DNA of 64,000 nt, taken from NCBI GenBank assembly GCA_963825525.1, contig CAWGTN010000002.1, positions 288,001 through 352,000 of the forward strand, written 5' to 3'. Source of the stretch: an uncultured Chloroflexia bacterium. GTDB taxonomy: Bacteria > Chloroflexota > Limnocylindria > QHBO01. Both the position numbers and the translations under genes were made by a program. Below are positions 1-10,629 of this stretch, piece after piece (within the stretch, counting starts at the first letter, position 1; each line of letters starts with the position of its first letter). Under the pieces are notes generated by a model. It ran no database searches. It was not told the DNA's origin and saw only the letters and a program-made list of their open reading frames with translations.

Positions 1-2604
1 GGGACCATCAACGACATCGGGGAGGCGATCACGGCGCAGATGGAGGTCGGCCCGCTTCTCGCCGTGGTCGGCGAGCGAGCCCGCGAGGCGTTCGAGGCCG
101 ATATCGCCTTCGTGGCGCTCCTCGATGAAGAGGCGCGCCGCATCGATTTCCCGTACTACGTCGAACAGGGTACGACCCAGGAGCAGGAGCCCCTGGCACT
201 CGGAGAGGGGCTGACGTCGCGCGTCATCGAGCGCCGCGAGACGCTGTTGCTCAACAATGAGGCGGACTGGGCAGCGCTCGGCCAGCGCGGGACGGGGACG
301 CTTGCGAAATCGTGGCTGGGTGTGCCAATTCTCACGGGTGACCGGGCCATCGGGGTGATCAGCGTGCAGAGCACGACGCACGAGGGTCGCTTCACCGATT
401 CAGATGCTCGGCTGCTCGCCACGATTGCGGCCAACGTGGGCGTGGCGGTGCAGAACGCGCGGCTGTACGCTGAGACGCGCCGACGGGCCGAGGAGATGGC
501 CGCTCTCGCCGACGTGGGCCGAGAGATGTCAGCCACGCTCGAGCTGTCAGTCGTGCTTGAGCTGATCGCAAACCGAGCGCAGACACTGCTCGACGCGGAC
601 ACGAGCGCGCTCTACCTCCCTCGCGAGGACGGTGAGACGCTCGAGGGCGTCATTGCCGTCGGCGCGATCGCAGACGAAGTCAGAGCCGATCCGGTGACGC
701 GCGGCAAGGGCATCATCGGAACCGTTGCCCTCACCGGCGACGCGGAAGTCGTGAACAGCACGTCGCTCGACGATCGCACCGAGCACATTGCCGGAACCGG
801 CGACGAGGACGGACGGCTGATGGCCGCACCCCTCATCGTGCAGGGGGAGGTGGTCGGCGTGCTCGCGGTCTGGCGCGACACGGTTCAGCATGCCTTCACC
901 GGCGCCGACCTCAACTTCCTGACCGGCCTCTCCCAGCAGGCAGCCATCGCGCTGCAGAATGCCCGCCTGTTCACGGATGCGACCGAGTCGAAGTCCATCG
1001 CCGAACAGGCGAATGAGGCGAAGAGCAGCTTCCTGGCTGCCATGAGCCATGAGATCCGCACGCCGCTCAACGCGGTGATCGGCATGAGCGGGCTGCTGCT
1101 CGACACGCAGCTCGATGACGAGCAGCGCGACTTCGCGGAGACCATCCGGACTTCCGGTGACGCCCTGCTGACGATCATCAACGATGTGCTCGACTTCTCG
1201 AAGATCGAGGCCGGTCGCGTCGAGCTGGAGAGCACGCCCTTCGTCCTCCGCGACGCCATCGAGGCGTCGCTCGATATCCTGGCGCCGGCCGCGGCAGCCA
1301 AGGGCCTCGAGCTCATCTACGCCGTCGACGACGATCTGCCGGCCAACCTCGTCGGCGACGCAGGTCGATTGCGGCAGGTGATCCTCAACCTGCTCTCCAA
1401 CTCGCTGAAGTTCACTGAACGCGGCGAGGTCGTGGTGAGCGTGAGCGGAACCGTCGAGGCCACCCACGGACGGCGTCGGCAGGACCGATGCGAGCTTCGG
1501 GTCGACGTGCGTGACACCGGCATCGGCATCCCCGCTGACAAGATCGGCAAGCTGTTCCAGTCGTTCACCCAGGTCGACGCCTCGATCGCCCGCCGCTACG
1601 GCGGGACCGGCCTCGGCCTCGCGATCAGCCGCCGTCTCGCCGAGCTGATGGACGGCTCGTTGACGGCGGAGAGCAGCGGCGTGGCGGGGGAGGGGAGTGC
1701 GTTTCACCTCGTCGTCAGCATGCCGGTCGCATCAGACGATGCTGTGGCGGCCAGTCGCCCGACCAGGATTGACGCCGACCTCAGCGGCCGATCGGTCCTC
1801 ATCGTCGACGACAACGCGACGAATCGGCGAATCCTGGTGGCGCAGACGGCCCGATGGGGGATGGTTCCCCGCGAGACCGGCGATCCGACCGCCGCGCTCG
1901 AGTGGATCCGCGGCGGGGATCACTTCGACATCGCACTGTTCGACCTCCTCATGCCCGAGCTCGACGGGCTTGAGCTCGCGGAGGAGATCAATCGGGTCGA
2001 CGACAACGGTGCCACCCACATGCCGGTTGTGATTCTCTCGTCAATCGGCGTTCGCGACCGCGACAGCACCGCGATCGCGGCCTGGCTCGCAAAGCCTGTC
2101 AAGCCATCGGCCCTGCATGACACGGTCGCCACCATCCTGCTTGGCGCATCTGTCGAAGTACCGGCCAGAGCTCGGGCGGAGGTCGATGGCACGCCCCTGG
2201 GTGAACGGCACCCACTGCGCATTCTTCTCGCCGAGGACAACCCGGTGAACCAGAAGCTGGCGACACGCTTGCTGAAACAGTTCAGCTACGTGGCCGATCT
2301 GGCCGAGGATGGCATCCAGGCCGTGGACGCGGTGCGAAGCCAGGCCTTCGACGTGGTGCTCATGGACGTCCAGATGCCGGAGCTCGACGGGCTGGGTGCG
2401 ACGCGGCGCATCAGGGCGGAGATGCCGGACCGAGACGTCTGGATCATCGCCATGACGGCGAACGCCATGGCCGGCGACCGTGAGGCCTGCCTTGCTGCCG
2501 GCATGAATGACTACATCAGCAAGCCGATCCGACCGGCGGAGCTAGAGGCAGCCCTGGCGCGCGCTCCAACGTCGCCCGAAGCAACGAAGGGACACAGCCG
2601 ATGA
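1..2604 (+). CDS. Hybrid sensor histidine kinase (GAF-GAF-HisKA-HATPase-REC-REC), 5' truncated by window edge
   Basis: Frame is open from base 1. H-box [15 protein letters not shown]-box [11 protein letters not shown]-boxes DTGIGI and GGTGLGL. Two receiver domains (LIVDDN...FDLLMP; LLAEDN...MDVQMP). Confidence 0.95.
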   Translation, partial: GTINDIGEAITAQMEVGPLLAVVGERAREAFEADIAFVALLDEEARRIDFPYYVEQGTTQEQEPLALGEGLTSRVIERRETLLLNNEADWAALGQRGTGTLAKSWLGVPILTGDRAIGVISVQSTTHEGRFTDSDARLLATIAANVGVAVQNARLYAETRRRAEEMAALADVGREMSATLELSVVLELIANRAQTLLDADTSALYLPREDGETLEGVIAVGAIADEVRADPVTRGKGIIGTVALTGDAEVVNSTSLDDRTEHIAGTGDEDGRLMAAPLIVQGEVVGVLAVWRDTVQHAFTGADLNFLTGLSQQAAIALQNARLFTDATESKSIAEQANEAKSSFLAAMSHEIRTPLNAVIGMSGLLLDTQLDDEQRDFAETIRTSGDALLTIINDVLDFSKIEAGRVELESTPFVLRDAIEASLDILAPAAAAKGLELIYAVDDDLPANLVGDAGRLRQVILNLLSNSLKFTERGEVVVSVSGTVEATHGRRRQDRCELRVDVRDTGIGIPADKIGKLFQSFTQVDASIARRYGGTGLGLAISRRLAELMDGSLTAESSGVAGEGSAFHLVVSMPVASDDAVAASRPTRIDADLSGRSVLIVDDNATNRRILVAQTARWGMVPRETGDPTAALEWIRGGDHFDIALFDLLMPELDGLELAEEINRVDDNGATHMPVVILSSIGVRDRDSTAIAAWLAKPVKPSALHDTVATILLGASVEVPARARAEVDGTPLGERHPLRILLAEDNPVNQKLATRLLKQFSYVADLAEDGIQAVDAVRSQAFDVVLMDVQMPELDGLGATRRIRAEMPDRDVWIIAMTANAMAGDREACLAAGMNDYISKPIRPAELEAALARAPTSPEATKGHSR

Positions 2605-2975
2605 GCGAACCCGGAGCCGCAACCCTCGACACGACCGTGTTGGATGAACTTCTCGCATCGGTGGAGGGGGACCGAAGCTTTGTCGTCGAACTGGTGGAGG
2701 CATATCTCTCGGACAGTGCTGGCCACGTCGATGCCATCGAGGCGGCAGTGGCGGCGGGCGACCCAGACGCGCTCGTCCGGCCCGCACACACCCTCAAGTC
2801 GAGCAGCGCCACACTGGGAGCCTCTCGCCTGGCCGTGACCGCACGTGAGCTCGAGGTGGCCGCGCGCAGCGGATCATTGGCCGGCGGGGCGGATGACGCC
2901 GCGCAGCGCGTGCGCGACGAATGGTCCACGACATCCGATGCGCTTCGCGCATGGGTTGCCGCAGGCGGCGCATGA
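2601..2975 (+). CDS. Hpt (histidine phosphotransfer) domain protein
   Basis: [13 protein letters not shown] motif; ATGA overlap with the kinase stop codon. Confidence 0.92.
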   Translation: MSEPGAATLDTTVLDELLASVEGDRSFVVELVEAYLSDSAGHVDAIEAAVAAGDPDALVRPAHTLKSSSATLGASRLAVTARELEVAARSGSLAGGADDAAQRVRDEWSTTSDALRAWVAAGGA

Positions 2976-4075
2976 CCGATTCCGGCATCGCGCTCGTCGT
3001 CGACGATAGTCGTGTCAATCGCCTCGTCCTGGCCCGTCAGTTGACCGCGCTCGGCCTGGAGGTCCTCGAGGCCGAGAACGGACGCGAGGCGCTGGACCTG
3101 GTCCGCGCGCACGTCGACGCCATCGATATCGTGCTGCTCGACGTGATCATGCCCGAGCTGGACGGCTACGAGACGCTCGCCGCCATGAAGGCGGACGAGA
3201 CCACCCGCCACCTGCCGGTTCTCATCGTCTCGGGCGTGGAGGAGCTGGAAAGCGTCGTACGGTGCATCGAGCTCGGCGCGACCGACTACCTGACGAAGCC
3301 GATCAACCCCCGCATCCTCCAGGCGCGCCTGAACGCCTCGCTGGCTGCCAAGCGCCTCCGGGACCTCGAGCTCGAGTACCTCGAGAAGCAGCGCATCCTG
3401 ACCGAGACGATCGAGCGACAGAAGACCGAGCTCAGCCGATTCCTGTCACCACAGATTGCCCATCTCATCTCGTCGAGCGACGGTGAGGGCCTGTTAGCCG
3501 GGCACCGGCGCCAGATCACCGTGGCCTTCTGCGACCTCCGCGGCTTCACGACCTTCGCCGAAGGCGCCGATCCCGAAGAGATGCTCGGAGTGCTCGGCGA
3601 ATACCATCGCATGATGGGTGACGCCATCATCGAGTTCGGTGGCACGCTCGAGCACTTTGCCGGGGACGGCGTGATGATCTTCTTCAATGACCCGGTCGAA
3701 CAGGAGGACCACGTCCAGCGCGCCGTGGGCATGGCCATCGCCATGCGGGAACGATTCGCGCCATTGGCCGAACGCTGGCACAAGCGTGGCTACGAGCTCG
3801 GTTTCGGTGTCGGCATTGCCATGGGATACGCGACGCTGGGTCGCATCGGCTTCGAGGGACGCTACGACTATGGCGCCATCGGCAACGTGACCATCCTGGC
3901 GTCGCGCCTCAGCAGCCAGGCTGCAGCCAACCAGATCCTGCTGAGCCAGCGCGCGGCCTCAATGGTCGAAGACCTGGTGGAGGTCGAATCGGTGGGCGAG
4001 ATCGAGATCAAGGGCCTCAGCAGACCGGTGAGTGCGAGCAACGTGCTGGCCGCCCGCAACGTCAATGCAACATAA
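2972..4075 (+). CDS. Response regulator receiver fused to class III adenylate/guanylate cyclase
   Basis: REC (LVVDDS...LLDVIMP...KP) followed by cyclase motifs FCDLRGFT, FAGDG and LASRL. ATG at 2972 overlaps the Hpt stop. Confidence 0.92.
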   Translation: MTDSGIALVVDDSRVNRLVLARQLTALGLEVLEAENGREALDLVRAHVDAIDIVLLDVIMPELDGYETLAAMKADETTRHLPVLIVSGVEELESVVRCIELGATDYLTKPINPRILQARLNASLAAKRLRDLELEYLEKQRILTETIERQKTELSRFLSPQIAHLISSSDGEGLLAGHRRQITVAFCDLRGFTTFAEGADPEEMLGVLGEYHRMMGDAIIEFGGTLEHFAGDGVMIFFNDPVEQEDHVQRAVGMAIAMRERFAPLAERWHKRGYELGFGVGIAMGYATLGRIGFEGRYDYGAIGNVTILASRLSSQAAANQILLSQRAASMVEDLVEVESVGEIEIKGLSRPVSASNVLAARNVNAT

Positions 4076-4173
4076 CATACATTTGCGGAACCTCTGTGGG
4101 CAGCATCCGCACTGAGTAACCGCACGGCACCTCATAGCCACCGGGGTCATGGGACCCACGAGCCGATCGTCCT

Positions 4174-4455
4174 ATGCGCACGCGGCTTCGTCAGCGATAC
4201 GCTCCACGCATGCATCGCACACTCTGGTCAATGGCCATCACCGGGCTCGCGTTCGGTAGCCTCGCCATGGTCGGCGGTACCGCCATCGGCGGCGAGATCG
4301 CGCATCTCGCGGTCGGATACGGACTGCTGGTTGCCCTGGCGGCCCTCTACCTGGTCGCGGGACTCGCGATTCGCGAGCGCGTCTGGCGTCGACTGCCTCG
4401 GACGACGATCGGCCATCCCTCCACCGACCGCATGGCGGGCCGTCGAGTCTTCTAG
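4174..4455 (+). CDS. Small two-TM hypothetical membrane protein
   Basis: Two hydrophobic stretches; fills the gap between convergent genes. True start may be ATG 4210. Confidence 0.55.
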   Translation: MRTRLRQRYAPRMHRTLWSMAITGLAFGSLAMVGGTAIGGEIAHLAVGYGLLVALAALYLVAGLAIRERVWRRLPRTTIGHPSTDRMAGRRVF

Positions 4456-5834
4456 CGTTCCGCCCGTCGCTGGCGCAGCGCCTCGAAGCCGATGATGGCA
4501 GCCGAGGTCGCCGCGCCGAGTGCTGGCGCACCTTCGCGCCCATAGCCGATCCGGAGCTGCAGGTCGGCCCGATCGACGAACGAGCGGGTCACCCCGCGCC
4601 GTTCGCCTCCCACCAGCACGAAGAGCCCGCCCCGCAGGTCGGCCTCGGTCAGGTCAATGGCCGTATTGGTCACCACGGCGCAGGCCACGCGCATCCCAAC
4701 CCGCCGGCACACCTCCGCCGCCGCATCGGCTGATGCAGCGTGGGCCGTGGGCAGCAGCTCCGTGGCTCCTGCCGATGCGCGGGTCACGGTGGCGAGCGCC
4801 GTTTCCCAGCTGCGTCGCACGACGAGTCCGTCGACGCCGGCGGCGTACAGGGCCCGCACAGCCTGCGCATAGTTGAACGGGTCCTCGATGCCGTCGAGCA
4901 TGACGACCAGCGACCCCTCCCCCACCTCGGCCAGCAGCGTGCCGACACCCATGTCGGTCCTCGCACCCACCAGGCCGATCACGCCGCCGTGGGTACGTCC
5001 CGAGGCCAGCTCGTCGATGATCTCGGCTGACACCTGCTCGATGATGACGCCGCGTTCGCGCGCCAGCGCCCGCAGGCGGCCGAATCGGCGATCCCCTGGC
5101 AGCGTGGCCCAGATCCGACGCACGCTGCGGACACCAGCCTCGAGACATGCCTCGACCGAGACGTGGCCCTCGACGGCCATCGGCCACAGGTTGACCGGGA
5201 TTGAGCCGCGATCGGTCCCGTATGGAATGAGGTCGCCCTCGCCGAGATACGGCGCATCCTGCCGCGGTGACGGCAGATCGATGGCCCGTCGTCGTTCCTC
5301 CAGCCGAGAGGGATCGGCCACCGGCAGCGGATATTCGACTTCGCCGTCCGGCGCCAGCATCGCGATGGTGCCGAATGCCTGCTGCTCGCCCGCCACGGCC
5401 GCGACGCGGTCGGTCAGGGTGGCGAGGTGGCGCGGATCGGCATCGCCGGTGATCACCGCGTTGGAGAGAAGGGGCAGCCAACTCGCTCGGGTCTCGTTCT
5501 CGCGATCGGCGTGCTGCGCGAGCATCCAGGCGGCGTCGGCGCCATCGGCACCGACCATCCGGAGTCCCGGCCAGGCACCTACTTCCTCGATGAGTTCGGA
5601 GAATCGCGCCACGTTCGCCCCGTTGAGGTCGAGCAGGTCGTCCGCCTCGGCCGGCGCACCATCCCAGTCCGCCAACGCACGGATCAACGGCGTCGTAGGG
5701 CCGGCGGTCAGGCGAGAGAGCTCGGCGTCAAGGGCGGGGTCGTGGGCGCAGCGCTCGTAGAGGGCCTCTGCGGCCCGCAGCTCGCGATCGGTCATCTCGA
5801 TCAGTTCGCGACGGACATCGGCTCGTTGCGGCAT
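4452..5834 (-). CDS. DUF6624-like domain fused to TrmH/SpoU (RlmB-like) RNA methyltransferase
   Basis: N-half has GAWPG...AAWMLAQHAD...LATLTDRV...QQAFGT (DUF6624-like). C-half has LDGIEDPFNY, VGGERRG and ALGAATSAAII (SPOUT). Start placed just after the hflX stop. Confidence 0.8.
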   Translation of the reverse strand: MPQRADVRRELIEMTDRELRAAEALYERCAHDPALDAELSRLTAGPTTPLIRALADWDGAPAEADDLLDLNGANVARFSELIEEVGAWPGLRMVGADGADAAWMLAQHADRENETRASWLPLLSNAVITGDADPRHLATLTDRVAAVAGEQQAFGTIAMLAPDGEVEYPLPVADPSRLEERRRAIDLPSPRQDAPYLGEGDLIPYGTDRGSIPVNLWPMAVEGHVSVEACLEAGVRSVRRIWATLPGDRRFGRLRALARERGVIIEQVSAEIIDELASGRTHGGVIGLVGARTDMGVGTLLAEVGEGSLVVMLDGIEDPFNYAQAVRALYAAGVDGLVVRRSWETALATVTRASAGATELLPTAHAASADAAAEVCRRVGMRVACAVVTNTAIDLTEADLRGGLFVLVGGERRGVTRSFVDRADLQLRIGYGREGAPALGAATSAAIIGFEALRQRRAER

Positions 5835-5841
5835 CAGACGT

Positions 5842-7141
5842 TCAGCGTGATGCGCTGCTGCGTCGGCGCCCGTTGCGCCCGGCGGCCGTGAGCTCGGCCG
5901 CCACCGATTCCGGAAGGTGGCCGCTGACTCGGACACCGCCCTCCTCGTATCGTTCCTGGACCTCGCCACTCGTCCTCGCGCGCGCCACCAGCTCGCCCCG
6001 TTCGTACGGGACGACGGCGTCCACCGTCACCATCTGGCCGCGCAATGCGTCCGCGATCAGTGCTCGCAGCTCCTCGATGCCGCTTCCGGTCACCGCGCTC
6101 ACGAAGGCAGCCTGCGGGGAGGGCGGCGCGGCACCCGCCTCCGCCGCCAGGAGGTCGATCTTGTTGAACACCGTGATGCGTGGCTTGTCACCGGCGCCCA
6201 GCTCATCCAGCACCGACTGCACAGCCGCCTGCTGGCCGACGAAGTCGGGGTCGGCGGCATCCACCACTTCGAGCAGCAGATCCGCGCGACGGACCTCCTC
6301 GAGCGTGGCGCGGAAGGCATCAACCAGGTCATGCGGGAGCTTGTTGATGAAGCCGACGGTGTCGGTCATGACCACGTGTCGCCCGTTTGGCAGCGAGACC
6401 TGGCGGCTCGTCGGGTCGAGCGTCGGCGAACAGCCGGTCGGCCGCGTAGACATCGGCACCGGCCAGGACATTCAGCAGGGTGCTCTTGCCGGCGTTCGTG
6501 TACCCCACCAGGGCCACCGTCGCGACCTCGTTGCGGTCGCGCTGCCGGGATGCCGTCTTGCGATGACGTTCCACGTTGGCGAGATCGGCCTTGACCTTCT
6601 TGATCTTCTCGCGAATCAGCCGACGGTCCGTCTCCAGCTGGCTCTCGCCGGGTCCGCGCGTCCCGATGCCGCCGCCGGTGCGCGAGAGGTGGGTCCACAT
6701 GCGAGTGAGCCGCGGCAGGTGGTACTCGAGCGCCGCCAGTTCGACCTGGAGACGGCCCTCCTTCGTGCGTGCGTGTCGCGCGAAGATGTCGATGATCAGG
6801 GCCGACCGATCGAGGACCTTGCAGTCGAGCAGCTCCTCGAGTCTCCGCTGCTGGTTCGGGGCCAGTTCGTCATCCACGATGAGCAGGTTGAAATCGAGGA
6901 CCGCCTTCTCGTCGACGAGCTCCGCGGCACGACCCTTCCCGAAGTACCAGACCGGGTCGGGTTTCGGCCGCCGCTGGGAGGCCGAGCCAACGACGGTCGC
7001 CCCCGCTGTTTCGGCGAGGGCTTTGAGTTCGGCGAGCGAGCGCTGCACCGGCCATCGATCGTCCGTGGAGTCGTCGAGGCCGATGAGGAATGCGCGCTCG
7101 ACCGGTGTGGTGAGGTCGGTGATTCGTGCGCGTTCGGACAT
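5842..7141 (-). CDS. hflX: GTPase HflX (one +1 frameshift near 6425, probably sequencing error)
   Basis: ORF 6329..7141 carries IFARHARTKEG, GTRGPGE and GYTNAGKSTL. ORF 5842..6471 continues TLDPT...DTVGFI...NKID. They join at TTC GCC G ACG CTC. Confidence 0.93.
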
Positions 7142-7287
7142 CTGTTCGCTTCATGGTAGCGGATGAGCACGATCGGCCCCGACGCACGTTCTCGGGCACA
7201 GGGAGTACGAACGTCATGGTGCCCGGAAGCCACGGACCTGCGATAACTCGGTGGGCAAGGCGTCGGGGGCACATCGCAGGAGGCTGA

Positions 7288-8874
7288 ATGAAGGTCGACG
7301 AGCTCGACCTGGTGCACAGCGGCTCGGGCCAGATCAGACTCCTGACCAGGCTGCTGATCGGTGCCATGCTGGCGATCCTCGCCTTTGTGGGCATTCAGCG
7401 AATGGCACTGCTCCTCCTGACCAGCGATGAGCTGATCGCAATGCTCTCCGCGATCGTGGGCGCGGGCATCGTTGCCACCATTGCACTCCGTACCACGATC
7501 TCGCCGTGGCTCGCGACGCATGCCGACCTGCAGGTCCGGTACGAGGCTGCCGTGGCCGATGCCCTCCGGGATCCGTTAACGAGCCTCGGCAACCACCGCG
7601 CCTTCCACGAGGACCTCGAGCGCGAGGTGGCAGCCGCCGTGCGCTACGGCGTGCCGCTGACGCTTGCCGTCATCGACCTGGACGAGTTCAAGGCGATCAA
7701 CGACCACGAAGGTCACGCCGCCGGCGACCGCGTTCTGAACGGGTTCGGTGAGCTCATGCGCAGCTCCCTCCGTCTGGCAGATCGTCCGTTTCGGACCGGC
7801 GGCGACGAGTTCGCCGTTCTCCTTCCCCACACGGACCTCGATGGCGCAAGGGTCGTCATCCGCCGACTGCTCGCGCAGGCACTGCAACCCGCCACCCGCG
7901 GGAGCCTGACCCAACCCGTTTCGTTCTCGGCGGGCATCTCGGCGGTCCCCGATCTCGCCACCAGCGGCTCGCAGCTGTACTCGCAGGCGGACGCCGCCCT
8001 CTACGCTGCCAAGCGTGCCGGGCGCACGGAGATTGCCGCGTTCAGCCCCGGACTGTCGGTCGCGCCGCTCGACTCGACGGCCGCCTCGAGCGAGATTGCC
8101 GAGATCATTGCCGGCGGACATCTCGCCGCCGCTTATCAACCCATCGTGTCGATCGCCACCGGCACCGTGATCGGCGTGGAGGGCCTCATCCGACCGATGC
8201 CACCGTCGCCATTTCCCGACCCGGGGGCACTGTTCGAGGCCGCGGAGGCGGGTGGCAGGCTCACCGCGCTCGACATGGCCTGCATCGAGACGATCGTGGC
8301 CAATGCCGGTGCGCTGCCGCCCGACCAGTTCCTGAGCGTCAACCTGTCGCCGCCGACCGTGGAGGCGCCCGAATTCAACGGTGGTGCCATCCTCGCCATC
8401 CTGGCGAGGTACCAGTTCCCCCCGGAGCGCCTCGTGATCGAGCTCACCGAGCGACATCAGCTGAATGACCTGGACCTGGTTCGCGCCAGGCTCGACGTCT
8501 GTCGACGAGCCGGCATCCGGTTCGCCGCCGACGACATCGGCGCCGGGAATGCCGGCCTGCGGCTCCTGGCCGATATCCGTTTCGACATCCTCAAGGTCGA
8601 CCTCACCGTGGTGCAGCGAAGCGCTTCAAGCGATGGATACAGCGCCGTCATCGGCTCGGTCGTGGATCTCGCGGCACGTACCGGCGCGTTGGTCATCGCC
8701 GAGGGCATCGAGACCACCGATCAGCTCGCACCCCTCCAGGCACTCGGCATCCACACCGGCCAGGGATATCTGCTCGGGCGACCTGGGCCGCTCAACGCCG
8801 AGCGCCCGGTTCCGGAAATTCCGACCATCGGACTCAGCACGTGGCGCCAGTCGATGGGCCTGACGGTCAACTGA
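7288..8874 (+). CDS. Membrane-anchored GGDEF-EAL diguanylate cyclase/phosphodiesterase
   Basis: Two N-terminal TM segments, DPLTSLGN, RTGGDEF, EAL-variant EGLIR, DDIGAG and AEGIET. GGAGG RBS. Confidence 0.92.
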   Translation: MKVDELDLVHSGSGQIRLLTRLLIGAMLAILAFVGIQRMALLLLTSDELIAMLSAIVGAGIVATIALRTTISPWLATHADLQVRYEAAVADALRDPLTSLGNHRAFHEDLEREVAAAVRYGVPLTLAVIDLDEFKAINDHEGHAAGDRVLNGFGELMRSSLRLADRPFRTGGDEFAVLLPHTDLDGARVVIRRLLAQALQPATRGSLTQPVSFSAGISAVPDLATSGSQLYSQADAALYAAKRAGRTEIAAFSPGLSVAPLDSTAASSEIAEIIAGGHLAAAYQPIVSIATGTVIGVEGLIRPMPPSPFPDPGALFEAAEAGGRLTALDMACIETIVANAGALPPDQFLSVNLSPPTVEAPEFNGGAILAILARYQFPPERLVIELTERHQLNDLDLVRARLDVCRRAGIRFAADDIGAGNAGLRLLADIRFDILKVDLTVVQRSASSDGYSAVIGSVVDLAARTGALVIAEGIETTDQLAPLQALGIHTGQGYLLGRPGPLNAERPVPEIPTIGLSTWRQSMGLTVN

Positions 8875-9790
8875 GCGCGGCTCGGACGAGGCGGTCGGCC
8901 TCGCCCGTTACGTCCGGATCCGCCGCATCACGACTCCCCGCCGGCAGCCACAGCACCTGGCCGTGGTGCCGGAACCAGGTCAGCTGCCGCTTCGCGTACT
9001 GTCGGGTGCGTCGAGCGGTGACGGTGATCGCCTCATCGAGCGACCACTCCCCCGCCAGGTGGCGAACGGACTCACGGTATCCGTGGCCCGTCATCGGATG
9101 CAGGTCGGCACCGAACCCCGCCGCCAGGAGCTGGGCCACCTCGTCGAGGAGGCCGGCGGCGAACAGGCGACTCGCACGCTCGTCGATGCGCCGATACAGC
9201 TCGGCGCGAGGACGGGCCAGTGCCAGGATCGCTGTGCGGCCGGCATAGGGGTGGCTCGTCGGCGCCGGCCTCCCCGAGCCGCCAGCGCGCTCGAGGGCCT
9301 GGAGCACGCGTCGTGGATTGTGCAGGTCAACCCGCCGCGCCCCTTCCGGATCCAGGTGCCCCAGACGGTCCGCCAGCGGTTCGAGCCCGTCCGCGTCCAG
9401 CTCCCCCATCAGTTGCTCGCGGAGTTCCGCCGATCGGGGCAGTGCTGCGTAGTCATGACCATCCAATAGCGCGGAGACGTACAGGCCGGTCCCACCGACG
9501 ACCAGCGGAATCCGTCCTCGAGCGGCGACCTCGCCGATGCGCACCCGAGCCAGCTCGACCCATGACGCAACGCTAAAGGGCTCGTCAGGGTCGACGAGGT
9601 CCAGCATGTGGTGCGGAACCGCGGCGCGAGCGGCGGCGTCGGGCTTGGCTGTTCCGATGTCCATGCCACGGTAGACCTGGCGCGAGTCGGCCACGATGAT
9701 CTCGACGGGCCATGTCCGTGAAAGACCGAGGGCGAGATCAGTCTTCCCCGAGGCGGTCGGACCCACGATCGCGATGAGGGGTGACACCAT
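8867..9790 (-). CDS. miaA: tRNA dimethylallyltransferase
   Basis: GPTASGKT, DSRQVYRGMDIGTAKP, VGGTGLY and TRQYAKRQLTWF. Confidence 0.96.
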   Translation of the reverse strand: MVSPLIAIVGPTASGKTDLALGLSRTWPVEIIVADSRQVYRGMDIGTAKPDAAARAAVPHHMLDLVDPDEPFSVASWVELARVRIGEVAARGRIPLVVGGTGLYVSALLDGHDYAALPRSAELREQLMGELDADGLEPLADRLGHLDPEGARRVDLHNPRRVLQALERAGGSGRPAPTSHPYAGRTAILALARPRAELYRRIDERASRLFAAGLLDEVAQLLAAGFGADLHPMTGHGYRESVRHLAGEWSLDEAITVTARRTRQYAKRQLTWFRHHGQVLWLPAGSRDAADPDVTGEADRLVRAALS

Positions 9791-9828
9791 GTCGCGGTCG
9801 GCGGTCGCAGGCTGGCCCACCGTCCGAG

Positions 9829-10629
9829 CTAGAACTCGATGAGGCGCTGGACCTGGTCGATCGCGGTGGCGCGCCCGGTGGCCGAATCGATCGTGATGAC
9901 GACCGCGTTCAACGAGACCGGGCCCTCGGCGACTGCGAAGCGAGTCGGGAGGTGACGCGTGAAGCGCGGGAGGACGGTCTCGAGACTGAAGCCGATGACC
10001 GAGTCGCGTGGCCCCGTCATGCCAATGTCGCTGATATAGGCGGTTCCACCCGGCAGGACGCGCGCGTCGGCCGTCGGAACGTGCGTGTGCGTGCCGACCA
10101 CGCCGCTGACGCGGCCATCGAGATACCAGCCCATTGCGTTCTTCTCCGACGTGATCTCGCAATGGAAGTCCAGGATCCGGATCTTCGGCAGTGGCTCAGC
10201 GGCCTCGTCGAGCAGCGCGTCGATCTTCGTGAACGGTGAGTCGAGCTGGTTCATGAACACGCGGCCCATGGCGTTGATCACCGCCACCTCGGTCCCATCG
10301 TCGGCGTGGTGGACCAGCCACCCTCTGCCGGGTGCGTCGTCGGGATAGTTGATCGGACGCAGCACGGGCCGCGGGGTGTCGAGGTAGTCGTAGATCTCGC
10401 GCTTGTCCCAGATGTGGTTTCCCGACGTGATGACGTCGACTCCCCCACCGAGCAGCTCCTCGGCCAGGCTCGGCGTGAGCCCCGCTCCGGCCGCCAGGTT
10501 CTCGCCGTTCGCGATGACCATGTCGATCTCGAGCTCGGTCCGAAGCTCGGGCAGGGCCTGCATCACCGCCAGGCGGCCCGGCTTCCCGATGATGTCGCCG
10601 ATGACGCAGATGCGGGTCGCGCCGCTCAC
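9829..10629 (-). CDS. ymdB: YmdB/TIGR00282 metallophosphoesterase
   Basis: GDIIGKPG, NGEN, TSGNH, DFHCEITSEK and GTHTH; follows rny. Confidence 0.93.
   Translation of the reverse strand: MSGATRICVIGDIIGKPGRLAVMQALPELRTELEIDMVIANGENLAAGAGLTPSLAEELLGGGVDVITSGNHIWDKREIYDYLDTPRPVLRPINYPDDAPGRGWLVHHADDGTEVAVINAMGRVFMNQLDSPFTKIDALLDEAAEPLPKIRILDFHCEITSEKNAMGWYLDGRVSGVVGTHTHVPTADARVLPGGTAYISDIGMTGPRDSVIGFSLETVLPRFTRHLPTRFAVAEGPVSLNAVVITIDSATGRATAIDQVQRLIEF

Noticed and set aside
6400-6440. Programmed ribosomal frameshift in hflX (and likewise in aceB, uricase and ruvA)
   Set aside because: No slippery site is present, and four unrelated genes show the same net +1 pattern, which favours sequencing error.
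7135-7148. LexA-box-like CGAACAGATGTCCG over the hflX start, and CGAACATGTGACCG (21078-21091) upstream of ruvB
   Set aside because: They have one to two mismatches to GAAC-N4-GTTC, and no matching box was found upstream of recA. Too weak to call.
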